Shown: positions 1-13,519 of the stretch, one piece after another | Layout of the letters: every line of letters starts with the position of its first letter | Numbering within the stretch: the stretch's first letter is position 1 | From: Vicugna vicugna | Lineage: Eukaryota | Length of the DNA stretch: 64,000 bases | Assembly (NCBI GenBank): GCA_013265495.1 | Contig: MU057640.1 | Coordinates: forward strand, 1,373,303-1,437,302 | Reading direction: 5' to 3' | Made by a program: the position numbers and the translations under genes | Notes under the pieces: model-generated | Seen by the model: the letters and a program-made list of their open reading frames with translations, nothing else | What the model was told of the DNA's origin: nothing | Databases searched by the model: none

Positions 1-1565
1 CCGTATCATCATCATCTTATAAAGGCTCATCTGGGTAAAACTGATGGTATACAGCCAGGTAAGTAATCACCAGGTAACCTCCAAAGCAATCGGGGGGAAC
101 CCTCAATACCACCTATGGCAGGTTTTTACCTGGCAGGCAGATTAAACATTCAGTTGAATAATTACCACCTCATTAAAAAGTGCAAGGTGAACACTGGAAT
201 CATGTTTCTGACGTTAATACTCACCAAAACTTATGTTTCAAATTACATTTTGGTATACGTTTAGAGTACATACTAAAATGAAAGTAAACAGTGATTTCTG
301 TTGTTGCTGTTAGCGCATTTACACTTCATTGCTGTACTACCACTGAAGTTGCAGTGAATTCTTATTTTTGAAGTCAAACTGGACCATTTAAAATCTGCTA
401 ATTAAAACAAGAAATAATTAGCTGGGCTTGCGGTGTGGTATAATAATAATACTTAACTCATAAAACCTTTTGCAGGGGCTCATAAATAGAGAGCTAAATT
501 TTTTTTTCTAATTGTCACTGAAGTAATTAAAATAAGAAATGTGCATTTTAAATATGCCACCAAAGGAATCCTGGGGGAAGTGAGGGGGTTGGGGAGGGAA
601 ATATATTTTATAATGGTTTTTACTACTTACTTTCCACTAACATAAACATTTAACAAAAACAACCACAAAATTATACTTAATAGTGGCAAAAATCAACAAA
701 ATACTATAGGATAAAAAATGAAGGTATTCTTATAAGCATAATTTTTTCGTAACATGGTAAAATCTCAAGAAAGTAAACAAACCATGTGTGCACTTGTTAA
801 AAATAATTTGGGGAAAACTTGGAAGAGAAACATCAGTTTTTTTTACACACCCCATTTTTGAATTTCGAATGATACTGAGTTCTTCATCAAGTTCCCCAGA
901 GAGATCCCAGCAGTAAGTCTGCGATGTGTCTTTTACTCTTCCTCTGGGCCAAGCCAGCTTGTGTGTGTCATGTGATGTTTGCTGCTAATTACTTCTCAGC
1001 TTCAGACATTCCAATTTTTTCCCCTTTTAATAGCCTCTAAAATCATGTACATTTAGCTTTTTACTTTTAAGTCTTGTCAGGAGCAAACAGTTACTTTTGG
1101 GTGTTCAGTGTTTTCAAAAAAGATGGGGGGGACCCCCCAAACAACCCACAGACTGAAATCACAGATTTCTAAACTGTGAGAAAAATCATTTCAAGCTTCG
1201 GATATGATGTACATTTCCCCTACTTTATCAGCAATACAAACTCCAACCAGTGCAAGCAGGACCCTACTGAATTCACTTTGAAGGATATTTTTAAAAGTGG
1301 CAAAATCTGTACTCTGAAACTAGACCATACATATAATGGAGCTGATATAATCTGATTTCTTTGTCACTGAGTCCTTAGACACTAAAGAATGATAAACTTT
1401 CTAAGACATAGTTTGACCCAGCCATGAAATCATTTTTTAATCTGGAGTATTAACTGTATTTTCCCTTTTGCTCTTTTGTGAAATGATCCAGGCTGGCTGC
1501 ACGGAAGTCATTCTACACGCCTGAATTACAGGTGAGAGGCAGCGATGCTGACTGGGCATACCTAC

Positions 1566-1715
1566 CCTTCAGGCATGGATTTTTGCCTGTAAGTGCCCCC
1601 ACCAGAGCCAGTCTCGCTGGATGAAGACAGGTTGCTCGGGGAGTTGCGACACGGCTGGGATCTTGCTAAAGCCATGGATGAGACCGTCACATAGATGTCC
1701 GAACCAGGAGACAGC
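1566..1715 (-). CDS. SIPA1L1: SIPA1L1 exon H (150 nt, phase 2-2), Ser-rich region: [49 protein letters not shown](G)
   Basis: Translated by hand. Acceptor gcaacgcAG|G and donor AGG|GTAGGT; continues the frame from exon G. Confidence 0.93.
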
Positions 1716-3329
1716 CTGCGTTGCAAACCAGACACATGAAGTCAACAATTCAAAGGGAAAATCTCAAGGTGACGCGCGATGGGTAATATAGAAATGTCAC
1801 AAACACGGTGACTTCGTGGAGCTAGTGAAAATGAAGCCAGCTGGAAGCCCACAAAAGAAACTTCCCCATAAAACTACTCCCTAAAGGAACAGCTGGGAAA
1901 CGGTCTTGAAGGGGTGGGGGCGTCAAAAAATAACAGGGGGGGACAAAAAAAATTATGTATGTTTCCAAAAGCTGCCAGAACTCCAGGCCTGAATTGCTTA
2001 TGCAATTTCCTAGTACAGCAGTACAGAGGATAAATGAACTCCAGTGACATTAACATGGCAATTAATTCCAATTTGCCCCCTGGTTCTCCCAGAGTATATG
2101 ACCATAGTAAGACTGGCACACTCTTTGTATGCTTCTTTGTTTTCCACTTTTATTACTCAAAGTCTGGAATGAATTTTCAGATACTGCTATTCAGGACACA
2201 TAAATTTGGTAGATAGTAGCATCGTCAGGAAAACATGCTCAGAACTGCAGTTGTTGAATTTCATTGGAATGACTGAGTTTATATAACAAAACAGCAGAGG
2301 TGTGCTCCATGTAGCCACCTCAGTACATCTTCTGAAATTATGGGTCCTTCATCCTGCAGGCTAGCTCTTGAAACAGAAACCAGAGCTTTGTGGCCAGATC
2401 AGACGTGATTTTTTTTCCCTCTACCTCCTCTCCTCTAACAGGCGATGGGGCAACTGCTGGGATATTTTATTAATAAGTGAGGCTGAAGACTGTGACTAGG
2501 TGTCAACTAAATCTCAATAACAGTAATATTTTATTTCAGAAGCAAATGCTGGCACAAGTCACTGGCTCTTTGGCAGGGCAGGTCATTTCCATTTTACAGC
2601 TGAGGAAGTGGAATTCGAAGTCATTTTTTCAGTAAGCCAGACATCTCGGTTCAGAGCCCACCACACTACGTGCTGAGCTACTGCTGCCCCCTAGGGAAGG
2701 CTGGATTTTCTTTGCTTAATAAGACAGTCTGTAACAGGTCGGCAGGGTCATGACGATTTTGCACAGAAAGGTATCTTACACTGAAACGGAAGTTTTGAAG
2801 CCTTGGGACTGAAGCTGATTCACTGAAATAAAGCAGTTTCCTACAGGGAACCTATATATCTTCTGAAGCAGGGCAGGATGGGGTTTCAGGTACAGGAAAC
2901 TGACAAAGGGATAACGGAATAACATCAAGAAGCTTTTCTAACAGGAGAAGAATAGGGATAGATACCAAAAAGTATGACCCTCTCCAAATTCATCTATGCC
3001 CGAGAGGCAGGTCTGACTTGGGAGCCCTGTCTCACCCCTCAGCGACAAACCTGTTACCTCAGCCGTCTCCTAGACGGCACTATTGAACACCTTCTTCGGC
3101 CATTCAAATCAAATCTCTTCCCCAGTCCCCCACCCCACAGGACCCCAAACCGGTCCCTTCTATACCCGTCATCTCAAGTTAAACATCTGGAAGCCATTTT
3201 CCCCCTTGCTCTTCCTTCTCTTCCACAGTCAATGGTCCAATGAAGTTCAGCTCTTTACTGAGTACAAACTGTGTGGTCCAGCACCCTGGGTGCTGCTCTT
3301 AAAAGCATGCAGACAAAAAAGAAACCCAT

Positions 3330-3830
3330 CTCCAACCTGATGACTGTCCTCTGAGTTCCCCATCTCCAGCCTGGATCAGTACAAGGGTGCTCTAACTGGT
3401 CTTCCGACTTCCAGGCTCTGGCCATCCACTTACTCCCTGATATTTTCTACTAGCCTAAGTCATCTGCTGCTAACAGCCTGTCCACAGGATAGAGGGCCAA
3501 ATCCCAGGCACCCTGTCCCAGGCCTTGGACCATTTCGCCCAGGCCCGTCTTCACCCCCACGCCTCTGCCTGCCTCCAGGCCCCCTGCACGGTGGGCACAC
3601 TCAGTGTGCCCAGTTCTCAGACTCGCCGCCACAGTTATATCTCACTTAGTCTGTCCTCTCTGCCTGGAATCCCTTCCCCACTTTTTACTCACATAAAGCC
3701 CCCCTCCCCAAGGCCTATTTCCAGTATTTCTAAATTCATGGATTAACGAGAGCCTCCTTGAGTCCCACAGGTCTGTTCTTTTCCCCACTGTAGTACATCC
3801 TACAGAATGGCTAGTTTTACGTGGTTCTGC
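3330..3830 (+). mobile_element. Degenerate L2 LINE fragment
   Basis: Pyrimidine-rich sequence with L2-like motifs (ctaactggtctt, tgcctggaatcccttccc). Confidence 0.5.
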
Positions 3831-4132
3831 CTTCTCAACGAGATTTTTGTCTTTAAAGGCCAGGACTGAGCCTTATTTATCTTTACATGTCTGGTTGCAT
3901 AATATATGTCTGTTGAATGAAGAAGAATCCCTACGCACAGCGCAGAAAATGAAGAACAGGAGGCGGGCTCAGGGTAAGGGCCCAGATGTTTTACCAGATG
4001 CCTCCAGATCTCGGTTCTCAACCATGGAGGGTCTACATCAGCTGAAAATCAGTGGGTCACCAAAAATGAAGTGCCAAAATTTCACAATAATTTACTGCAA
4101 ACAATTACAACAGACTCAAAGTGAATAAGCTT

Positions 4133-4902
4133 TCCGGGGAAATGCAAATCAGAACCACAATGAGGTATCACCTCACACCTGTCAGAATGGCTGTCATCAA
4201 AAAGAACACAAATGACCAATGTTGGTGAGGATGTGCAGAAAAGGGAGCCCTCGGACATTGCTGGTGGGACTGTCAACTGGCGTAGCCACTGTGGAAAACA
4301 GTATGGAGGTTTCTCAAAAGCTAAAAACAGAACTACCATATGACGGAGCAATTCCACTTCTGGGTATATATCCAAAACAAAAACGCTAATTCAAAAAGAT
4401 ACGTGCACCTCAACGTTCATAGCAGCACTGTTTAAAATTGCCAAGACATGGAAGCCATCTAAATGTCCATCAGCAGATGAACGGATAAAGCAGACGTGTT
4501 TATATATATAATAGAATACCACTCAGCCAAAAAAACAGGAAAATTTTGCCATTTGCAACAACATGGATGGACTTGGAGGGTATTATGCTAAGTGAAATAA
4601 GTCAGACAGAGAAAGACAAGGAGTATGGTATCACTTATATGTATAATCTAAAAAATAAAACAAACTAGTGAATACAACAAAAAAGCAGCAGACTCACAGA
4701 CAGAACAAACTAGTGGTTACCAGCGGGGAGGTGGGGAGGGGCAACACAGGGCCAGAGGAGTGGGAGGTAGAATCTACTGGGTGAAGGACAGGCTACAAGG
4801 ATGTCCTGAACAACACAGAGAGTATAGCCAGTATTTTGCAGTAACTGTAAATGGAGTGTAACCTTTAAAATTGGTATAAAAATTAAAAAATAAATGAAAA
4901 AA
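4133..4902 (+). mobile_element. 5'-truncated L1 (ORF2 end + 3'UTR + A-rich tail)
   Basis: Classic L1 sequence gaaatgcaaatcagaaccacaatgaggtatcacctcacacc. Degenerate TSD caaagtgaataagctt (4117-4132) / caaagttaatatgctt (4903-4918). Confidence 0.92.
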
Positions 4903-7749
4903 CAAAGTTAATATGCTTGCTTAAATGCAAGAAAAGGGAATGATGGAATTACACCCAGGCACCCTTGGAAATATCATCTATCTTACATACAATGGTGAGA
5001 GGACTTACGGACAATGCATACTCTAGGCAGTGTGGAATGGGACAGTAAGGAGATCATGGATGCTAGGGCCTCGGGCAGTGTGGTAAGAAACTAGGAAAAG
5101 GGGCAGAGTTTCTAAGCTCATCCTGTCACCAGTCTTACTGCTGCACAGACACAGAGAAATATGCGCTAACCACATGGCTCCATCCTCATGAGAACGCCAG
5201 GCTTAGGAGAGGGGTACGTGTGAGGGCAGTTACAGTGAGGCCAGAAGCTAGTGGGGTCTGGGAACGCTAGCCCATCCCTACTTTGAGTGATGTGTTTTGA
5301 TGAAAGATCAAGACAGTTATCTGGGTACCATAAAATGGATATCCCTTTATTTTTTTTTTCCATGAAAACATCTCCCAAATTTGTTTATTCTAAAGTAATT
5401 GGAAGGGAACTGGAGTGGGGGGAAAATGGGAGGAGCAGGTTACCAAGAAGAAAACTAGTAAGGATTAAAGGACGACATGAATCCAAACGTAACGAGACCA
5501 CGCTCTCTTCTGCCTTAAGCGTTTGGCTTTTATATGCACCTTGTACAGAGAAACTTCAAATATAGTTTCATTTTGCAGCTGTTGTGACTTGTTTTAGTGC
5601 AAAAAGGAGGAAAGATGGAAAAGATGGAGACGGCAGCAGAACGTGAACATGGCTGGGGCCAGCGCAACATCTGGGGGCCTGATGATTTTTTTTTTTTAAC
5701 ACTCTTCAGGGTAAATAAGTAACGCCGAAGAATTACATTTATGGTGAATGTTAAAATGTTGTTGCTTCTATGAGGAAGCGACAACACGATTCCACAGCCA
5801 AAGTCAAGATGTAACTTTTTGTATTTCTATTTGGAGCTTGCTTTTCTTACCCTGCTCTCCAAAACGAACATGAAGCTAAAATATCTCAGGCTAGTTCTCA
5901 ACCTCAGCTCTTTCATTTGGCACATGTATCAGAAAATTCTACTTGGTTACTGGAGTCATCCCAAAGGGAAAAAATAGCATTTCCAGAAGGCCGGCATTCA
6001 TTCCCGTGCCTTTTCTGCATTTATATAACTCAATTGGGGCTTTGTTTTCTGACTGTCCACACGCATAGAACACACAGACGGCAACTGGTGGAATGCCACC
6101 CAAATGTTTTTATGACTCTGGATGTATGTGCGGTGGGCAATAAAATTTCAGAATTAGCCCTTATTCTGATGACTTACTAGTCTTTCCAGGTACTCTAAAT
6201 TTGATACCATCTCACAAATACGATTTGCGAACAGATCTAGTTCAGGGAGCGGGAGGTACCCGCCTGTCTGGCATGGACAGCCCGCGTCTGCCAGAGGTAC
6301 AGCCTGTGGCTGACTGTTAGTGGAGGGTGGGCCGCTTGCTGCCCCGCCACTTTTGAAAACGGGTAACCTGCAGATTGGTTCACATGGGAAGCCAGCATGC
6401 TAACCTCTTGAATCTCTGACCTCCTACCCGCCCTGCTTTAAGGGCTGTTAAGGCCTTGGTAAAGAAGTAGGACAAGATCACAAGTCTTTTCTTCTCTCTC
6501 GAGATAAACCCAGATCTTTCTACTTTCTCAGTCTTAATGAGCATCAAGCAGCCGGATGTTAGTGCTCAAACAGGTTTAGAGGACTAAGATTAATACATCT
6601 TTCGCTTGCTGTGAAATCTTTCAAGTCCGTGGAATATAGGAAGTAATCTTTTTAAAGGATGCTGTGGCCACTGTTAGAAAGGAAATAACCTAAAAACCTT
6701 TTAGCATTAATTTCTGTAGATTCTCTTCCCTGCATTTTTATAAATTTACCCAAGAAATAACTGAATGTTTTACACGTAACTGATATTAAATGTTCTCTAG
6801 GGCTATTACTTCCCTCTGCAGAAATAAAAACACCAGGGCTTTTTGATTGTACAAAGAATGTAGCAATTGAAAAAGCCATGACCATCAGTCCGACACACAA
6901 TACTCCCATAGTCCGCAGGACTGCACTCAACGCCAGCTCTCCACTTACATGCCATGTATTTCATTGCAACGAAAACAGAGAGTTGAACGGGAGGGCCGTT
7001 TAGGAAGAGATGGTCTAAGATCCCTATCAGTTCCTCATCTCCCAGAAGCCTTCTTACAACAGGAGAAAAGACAGAAGAGAATCGCCAAAAAATTCCCAGA
7101 TTTCTAATAAAATAACCCCTGGCCTCCAGCACACCCCTCCCGTGAATCAACTCACACGACTACACATACCGTGTAAACATTAATGGACACATTAAATTGA
7201 TCTCTTTAGACTGTGACTTATCAACTGATGGATGAGGATCTCACTCTCTGAGTAACTGAGGCTAACATTCTTCTCCATGAGTAGTTATGTATGGGTTTAA
7301 TTATGCCTCTGTTTCCTGCTTTTTACTCCAAAGTGACAGCACTGCTTAGATGTGTCCAAGGAGATGAGGTCCTCTGTAACTCAAGTGCAAACAGTGGAAT
7401 GATGGTAAGAACAGCCAAGAGGGTTTCAAAGAGCGGCAATGACTGACAGATCAGATCTCTGAGTCCATAATTAAGAACAGCATTTTACCACAACTTAGCA
7501 ATTAAAACGCTGTTCACCCAGGAAACAGGATCCAGTTAAAGTCTGTCTTTAGCAACGTACATCAGCCAGAATGCTTGCAGAACTCTGTTAGAAAAAAATT
7601 CTCTAACATGATTCTAGGTAACGTCATTTGAGTGCTACAACCAGACTAGAGTATGAACCAGCTGTATTCAAATTCAAGCAAGCCCACCCTCCGTCTTTTC
7701 CCCTCTTCCTGCTTTGTGAACCAGAGCTACCCCTGGCTTGTTTTCTTTC

Positions 7750-7801
7750 CTTTTTTTAATTGAAGTGTAGTCAATTTACAATGTTGTGTTAGTTTCTGGT
7801 G
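7750..7801 (-). mobile_element. Very short L1 3' terminus
   Basis: ttttttttaattgaagtgtagtcaatttacaatgttgtgttagtttctggtg is the reverse complement of an L1 3' end, flanked by similar cccctgg motifs. Confidence 0.65.
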
Positions 7802-8091
7802 CCCCTGGGTTTCTGACCAAATAATTCCTATCAGCTATTTGGACTGGATCATGGAGATCCTGTTCTGATGAACCTCCTGTGACAAGATCAATTTACAAGG
7901 AATAACTCTCTCGTACAGTGAGGAAAATACAGCAATTCATCACGCCAAGATAAAAGGATCATCGCCTCCCAGCTGCTGGCAAGCTCTTAGAGGTTCACCA
8001 CTTGGCACACATCATGGGTGCCTCTGGAGAAGAGTCAGTTTTACATCTAAGGGTGACTGTATTGAACAGAAAATAAAAATGGATTGCAGAT

Positions 8092-8255
8092 GGGACCAGT
8101 TACATAATTTGTGGGACGCAGTGCAAAATGAAACTTTGGGTCCCCTTGTTCAAACAGTATTATAAATTTCAAGATAGTGACAGCAGAGCATTAAACCCAG
8201 AATGGAACCCTCTAAGTGTGGGGTCCTGTGCAGCTGCACAGCTGAAGCTGCCCTG
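8092..8255 (-). mobile_element. MER45A-like hAT (Tip100 group) MITE
   Basis: tacataatttgtggg...cagtgcaaaatgaaa...cagcagagcattaaacc resembles the reverse complement of the MER45A consensus as recalled. Confidence 0.7.
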
Positions 8256-8354
8256 ACAGCAGCTGCATGTGGTCCCCTCCACGTAGAAGCACGCCTGCAT
8301 TCATCTCGCAGGGCCTTCCTGAGCACCGTCTACATACGGTGGTAGATTTCAGTC

Positions 8355-8590
8355 GTCGAGTATGGTGGCTAAGTTAGGGGCTCTGGAGTCTGATGGCCTC
8401 AATCCTGATCTCAGCTCCACCACTAACCAGCGAGGGCTCTGAACAAATCATTTCATCTCTCAATCCCTGGGCATCCCTTATCTGGAGAAGGGGTAAACAG
8501 CAGCCAGCTTAGTAGGCTGTTGGGTGGAGAAAACTCACAGGAAGGACTCTGAACAGAGCCTGGCACAGAATATGAGCTCAATAGCCGCCT
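8355..8590 (+). mobile_element. MIR SINE
   Basis: gggctctggagtctga...ctcagctccaccactaacc...gcctggcacagaatatgagctcaata. Confidence 0.7.
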
Positions 8591-8731
8591 ACAGCCTTTA
8601 CATAAACCAGAAGTGGAACATAACTGTCACAAGGGCAGCTCAAACTGAGTGTAGAGGGGCTCAGGCAGGTTGGAAGTCAAAGCTTGCAGGGAAGCCTAGA
8701 GGAAAGGAAGCTTTAGGAAGAAATGAATTGC

Positions 8732-8850
8732 GGTGGGGTAGAGTTCAGTGGGAGAGCACATGCTTAGCATGCACGAGGTCCTGGGTTCAATCCCCAGTAC
8801 TTCCATCAATCAATCAATCAACCTAATTACCCCCCCCTCCCCTTGCCAAA
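8732..8850 (+). mobile_element. tRNA-Ala(AGC)-derived SINE (camelid Vic-1-like)
   Basis: tgcttagcatgcacgaggtcctgggttcaatccccagtac head, (tcaa)n plus cctaattacccccc tail, flanking aagaaatg duplication. Confidence 0.85.
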
Positions 8851-10519
8851 AAGAAATGCAGAAATGCATTTGAGATGGGTTTTGTAGGAAACCAAGGATT
8901 TTCACAGAAGTCAGGAGTTAGGACACAGGAACCTCACGGTGTGTGTGGCCACCATGACGGCATCTGAGGCTGGAACACTTGACATGGGTGGGAGATCCCT
9001 GGGGGCAGGGACTGGAAGGATGAATGCCTCCTGCAGGGTGAGCCGTCACACAGGAAGCTGAGGAAGCAGAGACTCCAGCTGCTAGGCAACAGGGAAGAAC
9101 GGAAGGTTCGGCCGCAGACCAGTAGTGTGGTCAGAGCCGACTTGTAGCCCCTTGGACAGCAGGCAATGCCCAAAGACTGTCCTGTTTTCTTTCCCTCTCT
9201 TTTTTTGCCAAGGTGCAAGAGAAGTGATGAAATGAGTCTAAAATTAATGAGATTCCCACAGAGATAAGAATCCATTAGCCCACTACAAATACGAGTCTCT
9301 TTGATTTTGACTGGTTCTACCCCCCACCAATATTCACAAATACTGCATGAAAAGAAGTCACAACCAAATCTTTTCTTGAGAAGCTAAGTGCTTTTTGAGG
9401 GGCATGCTAGGATTTTAAAGCCTGGAAAAAACAAACAAAATAAATTCATTCCCATCCCATTATACAAACAAAACCAAGGCACATATGAGCCAAATTACAG
9501 CACGCCACGCTGGCCTCTGCCCTGGCAGCTGCTGGTGCACGCCTTCCTCGAGGGGCCTCCAAGACCCCCACTCCCTCTGTACACTGCCCTGAGCTCAGGG
9601 AAGAGAAAACACTACATGACCTACTTCCCTTTCCCACACAAAGCCACCAGTAATGCTCCTGGATTTCAGATTCTGAGTTCTTACACGAAAAGTCCAAACC
9701 TTTTGCAAACTAGTTCCATCAATCACTTATAAGCATGTATTTCTGATCAGGGTTCTAAGCGGCACTAGACCTTCATCTCTACATCCCTACTTTTATTTTG
9801 TGCCATTTAGCTCTCATCATCATTTGTCATTTTCTAAATATAATGAGAAACTGGAAGAGTCAAATAGAAAGCCATAGATTGGGAGACGCTAGGCTATTAA
9901 ATTAGGCTGGATTCTGATTCTCTCCGGGAGTGGGACTGGTGGGGGGATAGTGAACTTGCCAGCAGGGCCACAGGCTATGAGTCAACCACCTCTCCTGCCA
10001 TCCCTCCTGGTGCATTTGTGCTTGTTCCGTTCTAAAGAGACAGGTCCAGAGCAGATGGTCCAGGGCCATCTTCGCGTGGCCTGAAGCCGAGTTCTGGTGG
10101 TATGGTCACCAGCTGAGCCCAAAAGTCAGAGAACAGACTCCCTCTCAATCGACAGTCTCTGTCTCTGATTGATTTGACCCTGCTGACCACCCCTAAGGAC
10201 ACTGCCCATCTCATTACTTCACAGCAATTGCTCCTGCTGGGAAAAAGGAAGTTCAGGCCACTTCTTTTGACAAGCACTTTAACGCTAGGCAGAACCTGAA
10301 TTACCACTCCATCACCACACCGAGGGATTTCCACAAGTGGACCGTTCATGTCCCCGGCTCTGAACAAGGGGCCTGCAGGAAAATTTCACACTGATGACTG
10401 TAGGGGTGGGTCCTGGCAGCATCTGTCTTAATTATCACTGATTTCCACAGGTTTATGTATGTGTTGCGCCATCAACAAATCTTTAAGAAAACTGTCAGTG
10501 GTTTCAAATATACGACAGC

Positions 10520-10588
10520 AAGATAAATATATACAAATATTATATATATTTACACACACACACACTATATATATAATATATATATTTA
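10520..10588. repeat. (TA)n/(CA)n low-complexity microsatellite
   Basis: Seen directly. Confidence 0.8.
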
Positions 10589-12110
10589 ACCTCTGAGAGT
10601 TATTTAAATTCCTGATGCTAAACGTGTCTGTATAGTGGATGTCCCCTCATCAGGCAAAGGGCCCAGGACTCCTGTTCCCTTCTCCAGGACGGGAGGGCTG
10701 CAGCAGGACACGTGGCAGACCTGGCCTCTGGGCAGGCCTTCCCCATGGCAGGTGTGTGTGTGGGCTCACAGGGGAGAGACTGTCTGAGGAAGCCTCAGGG
10801 TCACTGGGGGCCCCTATAGACCTTTCCCATAAGGGGTGACCCGGCCAGGCCTCCCTGGGTGGTTCTAAAGCAAAAGTGCCTTGAAATGGGGAAGCGGTCA
10901 AGACCTCAGTGCCGGGCGCACACAGGATGGCTCCTGAGTGACATATGGAACAGGACGCCCACCTGCCACCTCCTGTGTTTGCAGAATACAACCACTTTCT
11001 GCAAGCTCATCCCTCAGGTCTGTCCTGATTCAATAGTTTCTGCAGCATTTCCTGCAACTTCTACAGCTGCCAGCTCCCCAGGGCTGTTTGTGGCACAGCA
11101 GGCCCCCTGAATTCACCCTCTCTCACCGGAGTGATCCAGGACACTGCCACTGAAGACAGCACAACCTGCTCCTGGAAACACCATGACCCACCACATGCGT
11201 GGCCTAGATTCGGCTGGAGACTGATTCATCAGCCCAGCCCAGCGAGCTTCAGCCGTATTCCTGAGCACCCAATTTGCACTGGCTCACTCTCACTTCCCCA
11301 TAGCTGTGTTTGGAAGAGCATCTAGAAAATGACCACAGTGACAAAGAGCAACCACCATTTTCTAAGCCTCGCTTTGGCCTTGGCTTCTCCCAAGAGCTCG
11401 TATTGAAGACAGAGTAACTATACTTCCTTAGTTAATCTTTCCAGTGACTCTGAGCGGTGGGGCTGCTGGCCCCTTTGATTCTTGGGGACGGAAGTGTAGA
11501 GGGGATAAGGGGCTTCCTACTGTCACATCACTCCCAAAGGGCAGGGCCAGGATGCAAGTTCAAGGCCCCGGGAAGGCAGGGCCTGCACTCCCAGCACCTC
11601 CAGGAGTTTCTGGGCAGGTCACACTAAGACACCAGTGGCTCCGCAAGGAGGAAGCTCCTGGGAACATTCCCTGGGCTGAGGGCAGAGCAGCTACTTTCAA
11701 GGCCCAAGGGATGGGCAAGCAGTTCAAGAGCTTGAGCTGGGTACCACGTGGGAGCACCCTGGTCCTATTCCCCGGGTCACTGTGGACTTTGCAAAAGAAG
11801 GGAGCTGGGAGGTGTGCCGAGCTCAAGCCACTGGGTCCATCTCCTGAATGCTTAAAAAGGAAACATCTTGATCTTCTAATCTAAAAATGTGAACCTGCAA
11901 ATCATCCAAACTCTGATCCCAATGTGGATGGCAGTGTGTGCTCATTCCTTTGAAGTGCTGGGGAAAAGGAGTCTTAGGAGCCTCGAGAGTTTAAGCCAAG
12001 TATAGCCCCCTGCTTTTCTACCTTATCTTGGCCGACAAATAAAATGTCACAATGCAGTTTCAACCCCACGGAAACCAATGACAGGAATTCAATTAAGAAC
12101 AATTCACATT

Positions 12111-12342
12111 CGGGGGGGAGGGGGTGGGAAGGCATAGACTGGGATTTCAAAATTGTAGAATAGATAAACAAGATTATAGTGTATAGCACAGGGAAATATA
12201 CACTAGATATTATGGTAGCTCACAGAGAATAAAATGTGACAATGAATATATATGTTCATGTATAACTGAAAAATTGTGCTCTACACTGGAATTTGACACA
12301 ACATTGTAAAATGATTATAAATCAATAAAAAATGTTAAAATA
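12111..12342 (+). mobile_element. Young 5'-truncated L1 3'UTR
   Basis: Perfect 16-bp TSD aagaacaattcacatt (12095-12110 / 12343-12358); AATAAA and A-rich end. Confidence 0.9.
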
Positions 12343-12574
12343 AAGAACAATTCACATTTCACTGAGTCCATTTTAGACAGCTTTACCCACGATATACTTT
12401 TGAAATATATAAAAACTTTTTAAGGTTTTTGCTGGGTAAGTAAAAACTTAGCCAACAAAAATAAAAGAATTCTACTTAAATCTAAGCTTCAATTTGATAG
12501 CTTTGTCAGATTATGGAGTGTTTCACTTTTACCTATCTTTTAGTTTTATAAAAATAACAGATTTACCCAAGTTT

Positions 12575-13375
12575 TCACTGATGGATGAATGGATAAACAA
12601 AATGTAGTGCATACATACAATGGAATATTATTCAGTCTTCAAAAAGGGAAATGTTATGGACTTCATGTCTCCCTTCCCCCTACCAAACTTATATGTTGAA
12701 ACCCTGATCCCCAAAGTAGTGACTTTGGAGGTGGGCCTTTGAGAGGTAATTAGGTTTAGATGAGGTCATGAGGGTGGGGTCCCCACAATGGGATTAGTCC
12801 CCTTAGAAGAGGAGGAGACACCAGAGCTTCCTCTCTCTGTCATGTGACGACATAGCAGGAAGGTGCTTTCTACAAGCCAAGAAACAGGTCCTCACCAAGA
12901 GCCACACCTTCTGGAAACTTGATCTTAGAATTTCCAGACTCCAGAACTGTAAGAAATGTCCCTTGCTTAAGCCACTGAATCCATGTTATTTCGTTACAGC
13001 AGCCTGAACTAAGCAAGAAGGAAAACTGGACACAGGCTACCACATGCACGAACCTTGCACGCATTATGCTGAAGTGAAACAGACCACTCGCAAGAGGACG
13101 ACTATTGTATGATTCTACTGATACAAAGTCTCCATTGTATGTGCCGTACCTGGAGCAGCCAAATCCACAGACACAGTGGGGAATGGTCACAGTCAGGGCC
13201 TGGGGGTGGGGGGGGTAGTTTTTGTTTAATGGACACAGAGTTTCAGTTCTGGAAGTGGATGATGGTGATGGCTGCACGACAGTGGAAATGTACACTGGGC
13301 CACAGACCTGTGGTCAAAATGGTAAATTTGATATTGTGTGTATTTTACCACAATTTAAAAAAGAAAAAAAAAATT
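12575..13375 (+). mobile_element. Old L1M (L1MB-like) 3' fragment interrupted by a MaLR LTR
   Basis: gatgaatggataaacaaaatg...tggaatattattcag precedes the LTR; cattatgctgaagtgaaa...ttttaccacaatttaaaaa follows it. Confidence 0.75.
12652..13019 (+). mobile_element. MaLR solo LTR (MLT1A-like)
   Basis: Begins tgttatggac; contains gaggtaattaggtttagatgaggtcatgagggtgggg and ccagactccagaactgtaagaaat; ends acagcagcctgaactaag; flanked by ggaaa. Confidence 0.8.
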
Positions 13376-13519
13376 ATTTTCTCCTAAACTGATTAACTTC
13401 TGTTCCCACTTCAAGTTTTTTTTTTTTTGCTTATTGCTTCAATTACTAAATAAAAGTTTTAAACCATTCTAACTGCAAGCCTTTAAAATGCCAGAATCAG
13501 TGGTTGGTCCTTGGGACAT

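Noticed and set aside
1..20. Minus-strand ATGATGA (C-box-like motif of an intronic snoRNA)
   Set aside because: Part of a short (CAT)n run; the rest of any RNA would fall outside the window, so it cannot be tested here.
56..64. Perfect plus-strand donor CAG|GTAAGT suggesting an antisense exon
   Set aside because: A single 9-mer is unremarkable by chance in 64 kb, and any upstream acceptor would lie outside the window.
4082..4375. 97-aa ORF
   Set aside because: Antisense translation of the L1 ORF2 end, a common artefact.
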